IMG/VR virus record: IMGVR_UViG_3300045988_148989
Length of the DNA: 54,701 bases
DNA from: a virus
Direction: 5' to 3' (one strand)
Shown here in pieces: positions 46,743-54,582 of this stretch (position 1 is the stretch's first letter; the number at the start of each line of letters is the position of its first letter). The position numbers were made by a program, and so were the translations under genes. The notes beneath the pieces were generated by a model. It saw only the letters and a list, made by a program, of their open reading frames with translations. It made no database searches and was not told where the DNA came from.

Positions 46743-46756
46743 TTTACTATTTGAAG
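46743..46756 (+). promoter_or_regulatory. Dispersed motif copy 13 (tttactatttgaag) abutting the RBS of a 56-aa ORF (about 46563..46730).
   Basis: Core ACTATTTGAA. Confidence 0.5.
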
Positions 46757-46764
46757 CGTTATGT

Positions 46765-47973
46765 TTAAAACAACTTCATTCTAGGATCGCTCCCATTCGT
46801 TTCTCTTTTATATTGCATATACGCTTCTGAACTTTTAGGAGAAAAACCCAATCCTCTTAGCCAATAATCATTTCTTAATATTGATTTGCATATCTTGCGA
46901 TAACTTGGAATATCTTTTTTCTTTTCTATGTAATAATCTGCTTCATCGGGTATACCATCATGGTAACAATTATCTTCCCAATATTTTATGTATTTATCTA
47001 TTTGATATTGATAGTGCTTTTTTGTTTTTGGTGGCATTGAATTTATTAATAATTCATAATAACTTTTCCATGTATGCCCTTTGGGTTTTGAAATTTTGTT
47101 ATATCCATTTATGTTTCCTGTCTCATTAATATACAACGCTCCACTATTTGCACCATTAACACGTTTTACAACCTTGCCCCATGTATTAGGTTCAATCAAA
47201 TGGAATAACCATAACCCTCTTCTTTGGTCATCTCCGTATGGTTGGCATATTCTCATTTGGCTTAATTTTAATCCTGCTTCATGCATATAATCATATAATT
47301 TATTGTATGGTTTATCTTTGTTCTTACCTTGATATGTCCATATATCGCTTACTTTCCAATCATAAATAGGATATACATTATAAACATGTTCACTTGCTCT
47401 TGTTGTATACATCTTACTATCTTTAGTTTCTTTTCTTGAATTTGCAATGGTTCTATATCTATTTAAACTTTCATCACTTCTTATACCAACAAAGTTTGCC
47501 GTTGTCTTTCCTTGTGAATACCATTCACCAAACAAAGGAACGAACTCCTCAAATTCCATACCATCTCTAAAGAACGGAAAATAGTTTATATCATTTATAC
47601 AATCTTTTGGCATTTGTCTAATCCATATATCTTTTTGATCACTGTCCCAACATTTCCAAAATGGTTCATATACACTTACTGCATTTCTTAAATGTATCGG
47701 TAAACATATCCAAAACCATTTTGAATTTTCTTTATACATTTCTTTCATTGTTAAAGCGTGATTTATAGTTATATCATATTGACCTTCTAAATCTATCAAA
47801 ATAACACCTACAACCTTATTTCTTTTAATTGCTTCTTGCATAACCATGTGCAACATTACAGTGCTATCTTTTCCACCGCTAAAACTAACATATATTCTTT
47901 CAAAGTTATCAAATGTCCATGATATTCTTTGTTTAGTTGCTTCATAAACATTTATTCCTATTCCTTTTTTCAT
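46765..47973 (-). CDS. IbrA-like PAPS-reductase-family (PP-loop, DUF3440-like) protein, copy 2.
   Basis: 402 aa with the PP-loop SFSGGKDS near the N-terminus. Paralogous to 50062..51333. Confidence 0.7.
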   Translation of the reverse strand: MKKGIGINVYEATKQRISWTFDNFERIYVSFSGGKDSTVMLHMVMQEAIKRNKVVGVILIDLEGQYDITINHALTMKEMYKENSKWFWICLPIHLRNAVSVYEPFWKCWDSDQKDIWIRQMPKDCINDINYFPFFRDGMEFEEFVPLFGEWYSQGKTTANFVGIRSDESLNRYRTIANSRKETKDSKMYTTRASEHVYNVYPIYDWKVSDIWTYQGKNKDKPYNKLYDYMHEAGLKLSQMRICQPYGDDQRRGLWLFHLIEPNTWGKVVKRVNGANSGALYINETGNINGYNKISKPKGHTWKSYYELLINSMPPKTKKHYQYQIDKYIKYWEDNCYHDGIPDEADYYIEKKKDIPSYRKICKSILRNDYWLRGLGFSPKSSEAYMQYKRETNGSDPRMKLF

Positions 47974-48368
47974 ACCATTTCACCTAAATCAAATAAAGAT
48001 ATTTGCCCTTGGTGTCTCCTTACCCAATTTGTAATAATTTCATTTGCTATCTTGTTTGCTTGTTCTCTTTGATTGTCTGTAAGCAATCCCCACCCTTCTC
48101 TTGTTTCGTCTTCATGAACGTTTGCGTATATACTACAACATGCTTGACCTAACCACGCTTTTTTATTTATTTTATCATTTGATAAATTATACTCTGTCGC
48201 ATTTTTCCATTTGCTTACTACTGTTTCCATTGCTTTACGGCACGTTTCTTTATCTCCTAATATTTCACACGCTCTCTTTACTCTCTCATTTCTATCATTT
48301 TTGTTTTCTCTATACATGCCATTTTGAAAATCTTCCATTTCTTGATATTGATGAAATATCCTTTTCAT
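47970..48368 (-). CDS. Hypothetical protein between IbrB-like copy 2 and IbrA-like copy 2.
   Basis: 132 aa with no recognisable motif. Confidence 0.45.
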   Translation of the reverse strand: MKRIFHQYQEMEDFQNGMYRENKNDRNERVKRACEILGDKETCRKAMETVVSKWKNATEYNLSNDKINKKAWLGQACCSIYANVHEDETREGWGLLTDNQREQANKIANEIITNWVRRHQGQISLFDLGEMV

Positions 48369-49006
48369 TATTCAATCACATCACTTTCATTAACTTCCCA
48401 TGCTTCACTAAATTCTTCATCTTGAAACATTTCTGCCAATCCATACACTTGAGATAATCTTAATATTTCATCTTGATCTAATCCCAATTCTTTAGAAATC
48501 CTTTTATCTGTCCAATTTCTTCTTTTCAAATCAACTACTATTTGGCTCATTCCATCTATTGTATGTTTTCCCCTTGCTCTATTGTGCCTAATGGTTGAAG
48601 CAATTCTATCACCTTTATCTTTTCTATTTTCGTTTATAACAACTACAGGCAAATATCCTTTTACTCTCTTTTTAATATCTTCATATTCTTTCCCAACTCT
48701 GTTTCTATGAAATCCATCAACAACTTCATAAATACCATTATTCTCCCATACAACTATTGGTTGTGTATATCCATCTTCTTTAATTGATGTATGTAATAGT
48801 TCCATTTCGGGTGGAGCAACAACATTTGGATTGTAATCATTTTGCTTAACTAAATCTTGTTTTACCCATTTGATACATTCAACGGGTTCATAATTAAAAG
48901 GACTAACTTCTTTCAATCTTTCTTTTATGTAATTTATTGATTCTATTCTTTTATCAATATCCATTGATTTTAAAGAATCAATTATTTCATCTATCTTTCC
49001 TTTCAT
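48368..49006 (-). CDS. IbrB-like ParB/Srx-domain protein, copy 2.
   Basis: 212 aa. VDGFHR (the ParB-N DGxHR motif) and ASTIRHNRARG are shared with copy 1. Confidence 0.65.
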   Translation of the reverse strand: MKGKIDEIIDSLKSMDIDKRIESINYIKERLKEVSPFNYEPVECIKWVKQDLVKQNDYNPNVVAPPEMELLHTSIKEDGYTQPIVVWENNGIYEVVDGFHRNRVGKEYEDIKKRVKGYLPVVVINENRKDKGDRIASTIRHNRARGKHTIDGMSQIVVDLKRRNWTDKRISKELGLDQDEILRLSQVYGLAEMFQDEEFSEAWEVNESDVIE

Positions 49007-49015
49007 TATTTTTTA

Positions 49016-49525
49016 TCACTCCCAACTTTTAGAAAATTCCTTATCTTTGAATAAACTTGCTAACCCACTAATCTGTTTCAATCTTAATAACTCTTCTGCA
49101 TCCATACCAATGTTTTTCATAATCCAAGCATCACTCATACCACTACTAACTAAATCTGCAACAATGTTTGTCATTAATTCAATATCATGGCTTCCTCTTG
49201 CTCTATTATGTCTAATTGTTGAAGCCATTCTATTAGATATATCTTTATCAATCGTTACAACAGGTAAACAACCACCTTCACGTTCATATATATCTTTATG
49301 ATTTAACATAGTTGTATATCTATGAAATCCATCAACAATTTCATATTTATCTTCATCTTTCAAGTAATAGCATACAATAGGCATTGTATAACCATCTTCT
49401 AAAATAGACTTATATAATAAATCCATTTCGGGTTTTGCAACATGATTTGGGTTATATGAATTTGCTTGTATTTTATCAATTGGTACTCTTTTAACGTTAT
49501 AAACAGGGCTTACGAATCCTTCCAT
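49016..49525 (-). CDS. IbrB-like ParB/Srx-domain protein, copy 1 (start trimmed to MEGFVSP after AAGGAAGG).
   Basis: IVDGFHRY and ASTIRHNRARG. Confidence 0.65.
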   Translation of the reverse strand: MEGFVSPVYNVKRVPIDKIQANSYNPNHVAKPEMDLLYKSILEDGYTMPIVCYYLKDEDKYEIVDGFHRYTTMLNHKDIYEREGGCLPVVTIDKDISNRMASTIRHNRARGSHDIELMTNIVADLVSSGMSDAWIMKNIGMDAEELLRLKQISGLASLFKDKEFSKSWE

Positions 49526-49527
49526 TT

Positions 49528-50061
49528 TTATTTTTCCTTCCTTTTTAACCTTGCACATCTCTTGTATCTCTTATCCAAAAAATAATAATTATTCAAAATC
49601 TCTATTTCATCATTTATAGATTTTAATTTATGGACAGACCTTTTACTTTCTATCCTTCCTTCTAATATGATGTATTCTACATCACATTCATATAATGCTT
49701 TTTCTATATCATGTATTAAACTATCTCCACCACAATCATATATTTCGGGTATTACTCTTCTGAAAACAACAATATCAATTTTATTCTTAATTAATATATC
49801 TCTAAATTGAGATAATGTATTTTCATTGATTTTCATATTTACTATATTTTGATATATAGACCTATCACAATAATATTTGCTTGATTCAATACCTATAACA
49901 TTGAATTGCTTTGATAGCCTATGTGATAGTAATCCATAGCAACAACAAATATCTAAAATGTTTGATCCTATTGTGTTGCTAGTCAAATAGAATATATCAT
50001 TATGTATTTTTGGATATATCCCATATTTGAATTGTTTTAAATATTTATCATCATCAAACAT
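49528..50061 (-). CDS. Hypothetical protein with a degenerate class-I SAM-methyltransferase-like Rossmann motif.
   Basis: 177 aa. ILDICCCYGLL resembles motif I (hhDhGxGxG with G to C changes). VIGIESS resembles post-I and IDIVVF resembles motif II. Confidence 0.3.
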   Translation of the reverse strand: MFDDDKYLKQFKYGIYPKIHNDIFYLTSNTIGSNILDICCCYGLLSHRLSKQFNVIGIESSKYYCDRSIYQNIVNMKINENTLSQFRDILIKNKIDIVVFRRVIPEIYDCGGDSLIHDIEKALYECDVEYIILEGRIESKRSVHKLKSINDEIEILNNYYFLDKRYKRCARLKRKEK

Positions 50062-51333
50062 TTATAAAATTTTGCTATACCTTTCTACTGCTCTTTTTCT
50101 CTTTGTCAATTCGCTCTTCGTTTGAGCAAATCCCATATATTTACAATAATAATCATTTTTAATAATACAAATACACATTCTTTTATATGTAGGTAACTCT
50201 TTGAAATTCTTGCAATCTGTATCATCTAAATATTCATCAAATGCAACAACTTCTTTTGTTGTATGTGGTTTTATTCTTCCTTTTCTTTCACAAGGAATAT
50301 TATTGTTTTCCAAATACTCTAATGTATCATCACTAACAACACATCCTTTTTCTCTCCATACCTTAATTGAAGTATTTAACTTATCTAAATAATGTTGTCT
50401 TGTGTTTTCATCAAGGGTATCAAGCAAGAAATAACAATACTCTTTCCAAGTGAAATGTTTTGGCTTGGTAATTGATTTCCACCCCATTGCAGTAGTTCCA
50501 CCATACAATCCTGCAAAGTTTACACCATTAACTCTACCTATCATTTTCCCCCAATTGTTAGGATCAATAACTTTGTATAGTTTTAATGAATGTATCCCAC
50601 AATCATTAAAAGGACTTGCAACTCTCATTTGGTCAACGTTTAATCCTGCATTATAGAATAAGTCATACAATTTGTTATATGGCTTCTCAAATTTACAGTT
50701 ATAAATCCAAACATCATCTACATTCCAATCATAAATAATGTATGCTTTATCCTCGTTTATCCATTTGAGACTTTTGTATTTTCTTACTTTATCACTTGCG
50801 ATTGCTCTAAAACGGTTTAAACTTTCATCCGTTCTTATCCCAACCACATTTACAGTGTTTGGATGCTTCTTTTTAAACCATTCAAAGAAGCCTTTAGGAA
50901 TTTCAAAATCATCTTTTTTTATTTCGAATTCACAATTGTCTTCATTGATTACATAATCATATGTAGGCATTTCACGAACCCAAATATCTTTTTTTGATTT
51001 TTCCCAAGGAATCCAATACCCCTTATCCATTCTACATGCACATTGTGCGTATATTGGTAAACACAACCAATATCTTTCAATGTCATTGAAACGCTTAAAC
51101 GTTTCATCAACATAATCCGTTGTCATTTGGTATTGTGCTTCATAGTCCATATGAACCATTGCTAATTTATGAAGCATGTTATGCTTCTTTGCATAGTCAT
51201 AGCACATTTCCAAGCACACACCACTGTCCTTACCACCACTAAACGAAACAAGAACAGTGTCAAATTCATTAAATATGTACTCAATACGCTCTTGCGTTGC
51301 TTCGTACACATTTTTATCTATGTACTTTTTCAT
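50062..51333 (-). CDS. IbrA-like PAPS-reductase-family (PP-loop, DUF3440-like) protein, copy 1 (start trimmed to MKKYIDKNVY after AAAGGAG).
   Basis: VLVSFSGGKDSGV PP-loop. Paralogous to 46765..47973 over the full length. Confidence 0.7.
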   Translation of the reverse strand: MKKYIDKNVYEATQERIEYIFNEFDTVLVSFSGGKDSGVCLEMCYDYAKKHNMLHKLAMVHMDYEAQYQMTTDYVDETFKRFNDIERYWLCLPIYAQCACRMDKGYWIPWEKSKKDIWVREMPTYDYVINEDNCEFEIKKDDFEIPKGFFEWFKKKHPNTVNVVGIRTDESLNRFRAIASDKVRKYKSLKWINEDKAYIIYDWNVDDVWIYNCKFEKPYNKLYDLFYNAGLNVDQMRVASPFNDCGIHSLKLYKVIDPNNWGKMIGRVNGVNFAGLYGGTTAMGWKSITKPKHFTWKEYCYFLLDTLDENTRQHYLDKLNTSIKVWREKGCVVSDDTLEYLENNNIPCERKGRIKPHTTKEVVAFDEYLDDTDCKNFKELPTYKRMCICIIKNDYYCKYMGFAQTKSELTKRKRAVERYSKIL

Positions 51334-51520
51334 ATATTCTCCTTTCAATACAAATAAGAAACGGACTAAATAAGCCCATTTCTTATTTTTTAGTAGATTA
51401 CTTAAATAATCTACTATAAGCATAGCGATAACTACGCTTTTGAAGTGGATGCTTCACAATGAAGTACCACCAACCAATTCTCTTTTTTCTTTTCATTTGT
51501 GTATCCTCCTTACAACCACT

Positions 51521-51549
51521 ATTATATATGTATTACTTATAAATGTCAA
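51521..51549 (-). promoter_or_regulatory. Promoter of the conserved family: TTGACA-N17-TATAAT with an imperfect palindrome in the spacer.
   Basis: Minus-strand reading, upstream of a 33-aa basic leader peptide ORF and IbrA-like copy 1. Confidence 0.6.
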
Positions 51550-51553
51550 TATT

Positions 51554-51877
51554 TTACATTACCTTTTTTACATCTTTCCACAATGGGTTTAATGTCCCTT
51601 TGTAGTTTAGATACATGTTTTCTTGAAAAGCGCTATATCCTGTTAATACATGAATTTGTTCATTACCTAAGAATTCACCGTCTTGGCTATAATACTCGCC
51701 ATATTTGGTTTTTCCTTCTTCATAATGGCAACATTCAAACTCACCACGATCAAGCGCTTCTAACGCTTGATTTTTTAATTCTTCAATTTCTTTTTGGGTT
51801 GCTTCTCTATAATCAACCTCTCTTTCTAAAAATATATCTCCATTATCAGCAATCCAAACTTTCTTTAATTTCAACAT
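51554..51877 (-). CDS. Hypothetical protein.
   Basis: 107 aa. Confidence 0.45.
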   Translation of the reverse strand: MLKLKKVWIADNGDIFLEREVDYREATQKEIEELKNQALEALDRGEFECCHYEEGKTKYGEYYSQDGEFLGNEQIHVLTGYSAFQENMYLNYKGTLNPLWKDVKKVM

Positions 51878-51901
51878 CTTCTTTTCTCCTTTTCCTTTAT
51901 G

Positions 51902-51915
51902 TTTACTATTTGAAG
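51902..51915 (+). promoter_or_regulatory. Dispersed motif copy 14 (tttactatttgaag), about 28 bp upstream of gene 51554..51877.
   Basis: Core ACTATTTGAA. Confidence 0.5.
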
Positions 51916-51943
51916 CACAAGCGCTATGCTTGTGCTATTTTTT
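51914..51943 (+). terminator. Plus-strand-oriented intrinsic terminator-like hairpin amid minus-strand genes.
   Basis: AGCACAAGC-gctat-GCTTGTGCT followed by ATTTTTT on the plus strand, with no U-run on the minus strand. Confidence 0.45.
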
Positions 51944-52217
51944 CAACTTGTGATGAATCAAATAATGAAGCGCTAACCATAATGAACTTGCTTTCTTCCT
52001 TATTATCTTCATCTTTCTTTCTATTTCTAACCTTTTTCCAAAGTTTAGTTTTAATAACTGCCTTTGACCCTTTTTTGACTTGGTAGCCACTATATTTCCA
52101 TTCTTGATATGTTTTGTATGGTAATGCTCCAAACTTTCCAATTATTTCTTCAACTTGTTGTTCTGTTAATAATTCTCTTGTAATTACTTCGTTTGCTACG
52201 ATTTCTAGATTTGTCAT
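51924..52217 (-). CDS. Hypothetical protein, possibly an ArdC-N-like ssDNA-binding domain.
   Basis: 97 aa. YKTYQEWKYSGYQVKKGSKAV resembles the ArdC N-terminal signature. Confidence 0.35.
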   Translation of the reverse strand: MTNLEIVANEVITRELLTEQQVEEIIGKFGALPYKTYQEWKYSGYQVKKGSKAVIKTKLWKKVRNRKKDEDNKEESKFIMVSASLFDSSQVEKIAQA

Positions 52218-52245
52218 ATTCTTTTTCCTCTCTTTCTATATATCC

Positions 52246-52274
52246 ATTATAGCATATGTGATACATATATACAA
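52246..52274 (-). promoter_or_regulatory. Promoter of the conserved family: TTGTAT-N17-TATAAT with the palindrome ATATGTATCACATAT in the spacer.
   Basis: Minus-strand reading. Confidence 0.55.
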
Positions 52275-52303
52275 GAGAAAATAGAATTTTTGCTATTATT
52301 TGT

Positions 52304-53545
52304 CTAAATGTCTTTTATCCATTTAGTTCCTTCTTTCTGCAACTTCTGTTTAATCAAATTATCAAGCGTGCTTTTCTTTCTTATGTTTTCTAGTACTAAA
52401 TCTGTAATACCTAAATCAGTGAGAATATATGTATATTTGATGTCTCTTTCTTGTCCTAGTCTCTTGATTCTATATTTTGATTGTTCTAGTTTTGAATACT
52501 CAAAATTGATACTTGAATATACTATTTCATTGCAAAATTGAAGATTTAAAGAGAAAGCACCACAACCATATGTCATTAATAAAGGCTTTTGATCGTTCTT
52601 GAATACTTCTATAACTTTATTACGATTATTCGTATTTCCTGTTATCACATAACAATCTATCTTGCTTTGATAGTATTCAATCTCTTTTAAATAATTACAG
52701 AATACAATCACTTGTTTATTTTCTATGTACTTTATAACTTCATCATTCTTTCTTTCGTATGTTGATGCTATAACGTTCAATGATTGCAACATATTTATAA
52801 TTGCTTCACTTGAGCCATATTCAAGAACCTTGTCTAGACTTTCTTCTTTGATTCTGTAATATTCATCATCATCAATATAAGAAACCCATTTATAAGATTC
52901 ATCTTCATTCTTGCTAAATTCCAAATCACATTGATAGATATAAGGACTAACCATCTTGTTTAGCACATCAGCGTTTACTTCGCTGAATTTATAAAAGGTG
53001 TGTTCTCTACTTTCGTATTTCTTCTTATATCTTATTTTGTTAAAGAATTTGTATCTAAACTCATTCTCATTCATTCCGATAATTTTATGACTTAAAAATT
53101 CCATCTGATTGTATAGATCAAATTCATCTTTTACTATTGGTGTACCATTCAACACTAAAGCATAAGAACAAAGGTTTCTTAATTCCATTGTTCTCTTTGT
53201 TCTTTTTGTGTTTCCGTTCTTAATAAAAATGCTTTCATCTGCAATAATGAAAGCGTTCTTTTTTGTTTTCATATTTTTCAATAATTCTAAGTATTTAACA
53301 TCACTACTTGAAATAGTCTCATATCCTACTATTTCATAATCGCAACGAATACCCCATTTTTTTATTTCCTTCTCTATGTTCCCTTTTGTTGAAAATGGGC
53401 AAAGATAAAGCATAAAGTCAGTATCTGTATTATTCACTAGTTCTAAAGCGACTCTTGTTTTACCACTTCCCATTTTCATAAACAAAGCACCAACACGCAT
53501 TTTAGAAAACTTATCAAATGCTAGTTTTTGATTTACTGTAATCAT
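52304..53545 (-). CDS. SF2 helicase, SNF2-like.
   Basis: 413 aa with motif I GSGKT, motif II DESIF and motif VI QSKYRIKRLGQ. Confidence 0.7.
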   Translation of the reverse strand: MITVNQKLAFDKFSKMRVGALFMKMGSGKTRVALELVNNTDTDFMLYLCPFSTKGNIEKEIKKWGIRCDYEIVGYETISSSDVKYLELLKNMKTKKNAFIIADESIFIKNGNTKRTKRTMELRNLCSYALVLNGTPIVKDEFDLYNQMEFLSHKIIGMNENEFRYKFFNKIRYKKKYESREHTFYKFSEVNADVLNKMVSPYIYQCDLEFSKNEDESYKWVSYIDDDEYYRIKEESLDKVLEYGSSEAIINMLQSLNVIASTYERKNDEVIKYIENKQVIVFCNYLKEIEYYQSKIDCYVITGNTNNRNKVIEVFKNDQKPLLMTYGCGAFSLNLQFCNEIVYSSINFEYSKLEQSKYRIKRLGQERDIKYTYILTDLGITDLVLENIRKKSTLDNLIKQKLQKEGTKWIKDI

Positions 53546-53958
53546 TTCATTAACTCCTTTGGTATTTCAATATCTTCTATTTCTATTCTCTTTGGTTCTT
53601 CAACCTCATAATAAGAAGATTTTATAAAATTTGTATAGTCGTCAAAATCATCTTCAACAACTTTAAACGCTTCTTCAAAGTCCTCAACGCTTATACTTTT
53701 CTCAGCAATCTTTTCATATTTGTTTGTCTTTCCACTTCCATTCTTGAAGATGTTGAAAGTGAAATCATCTGTATATAATAGTTCATAACTACTACCTCTA
53801 TAGTATGATTCTTTGACTAACTTCTTTGGATGCCAAAAAAGAAATCCTTTATACTTTGAACTCAAAGGCATTTTAACAAGGACTGATTTAACAGTCCTTG
53901 CTTTTATTTGGTTTTCACATAGGTTTACGCTTTTCCATTTCATTTTCGATAACCTCAA
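53542..53958 (-). CDS. Hypothetical protein upstream of the helicase.
   Basis: 138 aa. Confidence 0.45.
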   Translation of the reverse strand: MRLSKMKWKSVNLCENQIKARTVKSVLVKMPLSSKYKGFLFWHPKKLVKESYYRGSSYELLYTDDFTFNIFKNGSGKTNKYEKIAEKSISVEDFEEAFKVVEDDFDDYTNFIKSSYYEVEEPKRIEIEDIEIPKELMK

Positions 53959-54148
53959 CTAACATATTTCTAAAATCTGAAAGGATATCATTGTATCTTT
54001 TCAACGTTTTGGCATCTTCTAAATTTCTTTTGTATGCTTGTACCGTTTCTAGCACAAGCATTTTTCTAACCTCAACATCATATAAGATATTTAGATCGTC
54101 CATAATATCAATCATATCTTTAGCGACCTTATCATTAATTATTTTCAT
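53915..54148 (-). CDS. Hypothetical protein.
   Basis: 77 aa. Confidence 0.4.
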   Translation of the reverse strand: MKIINDKVAKDMIDIMDDLNILYDVEVRKMLVLETVQAYKRNLEDAKTLKRYNDILSDFRNMLVEVIENEMEKRKPM

Positions 54149-54162
54149 TTTTATTTTCCTCC

Positions 54163-54483
54163 TTATACTTCTTCAAAATATTCTCCGTCTCTTGTCATAG
54201 TACGGACGAATTTTTTAATTATTTTTAATAATTGTTTTCCTTCATCATTCTCTCTATAGATTGATAGATTAACTTTGCCTTCTCCCCATGAACCCTCATA
54301 TTCTAAAACAATATATATTGTTTTAGTTTTTCTATAGGAACTATCGTCTACCAATCCAATTAAACATTCCCCAAAGCTCCATCCGTATGATGTATCATTT
54401 AACATCATATCTTTATCAGCCATTAAAATTTTAATGGCTTCTTCTGTTGCCATTCTTTGGACTTCATTTCTTGAATATTTCAT
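54163..54483 (-). CDS. Hypothetical protein, first gene of the early operon driven by the promoter at 54534.
   Basis: 106 aa. Confidence 0.45.
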   Translation of the reverse strand: MKYSRNEVQRMATEEAIKILMADKDMMLNDTSYGWSFGECLIGLVDDSSYRKTKTIYIVLEYEGSWGEGKVNLSIYRENDEGKQLLKIIKKFVRTMTRDGEYFEEV

Positions 54484-54533
54484 TTTTCTTTTCCTTATGA
54501 GTTCCTTTGAACTCCCTTTCTTAATACAAGTAC

Positions 54534-54562
54534 ATTATAATATATGTATCACTTATATTCAA
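54534..54562 (-). promoter_or_regulatory. Promoter of the conserved family: TTGAAT-N17-TATAAT with an imperfect palindrome.
   Basis: Minus-strand reading. It is preceded on the minus strand by the terminator in the terminal repeat. Confidence 0.6.
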
Positions 54563-54582
54563 GGGTTTATTTACATTTTTTT

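Noticed and set aside
51499-52086. 195-aa plus-strand ORF.
   Set aside because: It is antisense to two minus-strand genes and to a conserved minus-strand promoter. It is hydrophobic and low-complexity and lacks an RBS, so it is probably spurious.
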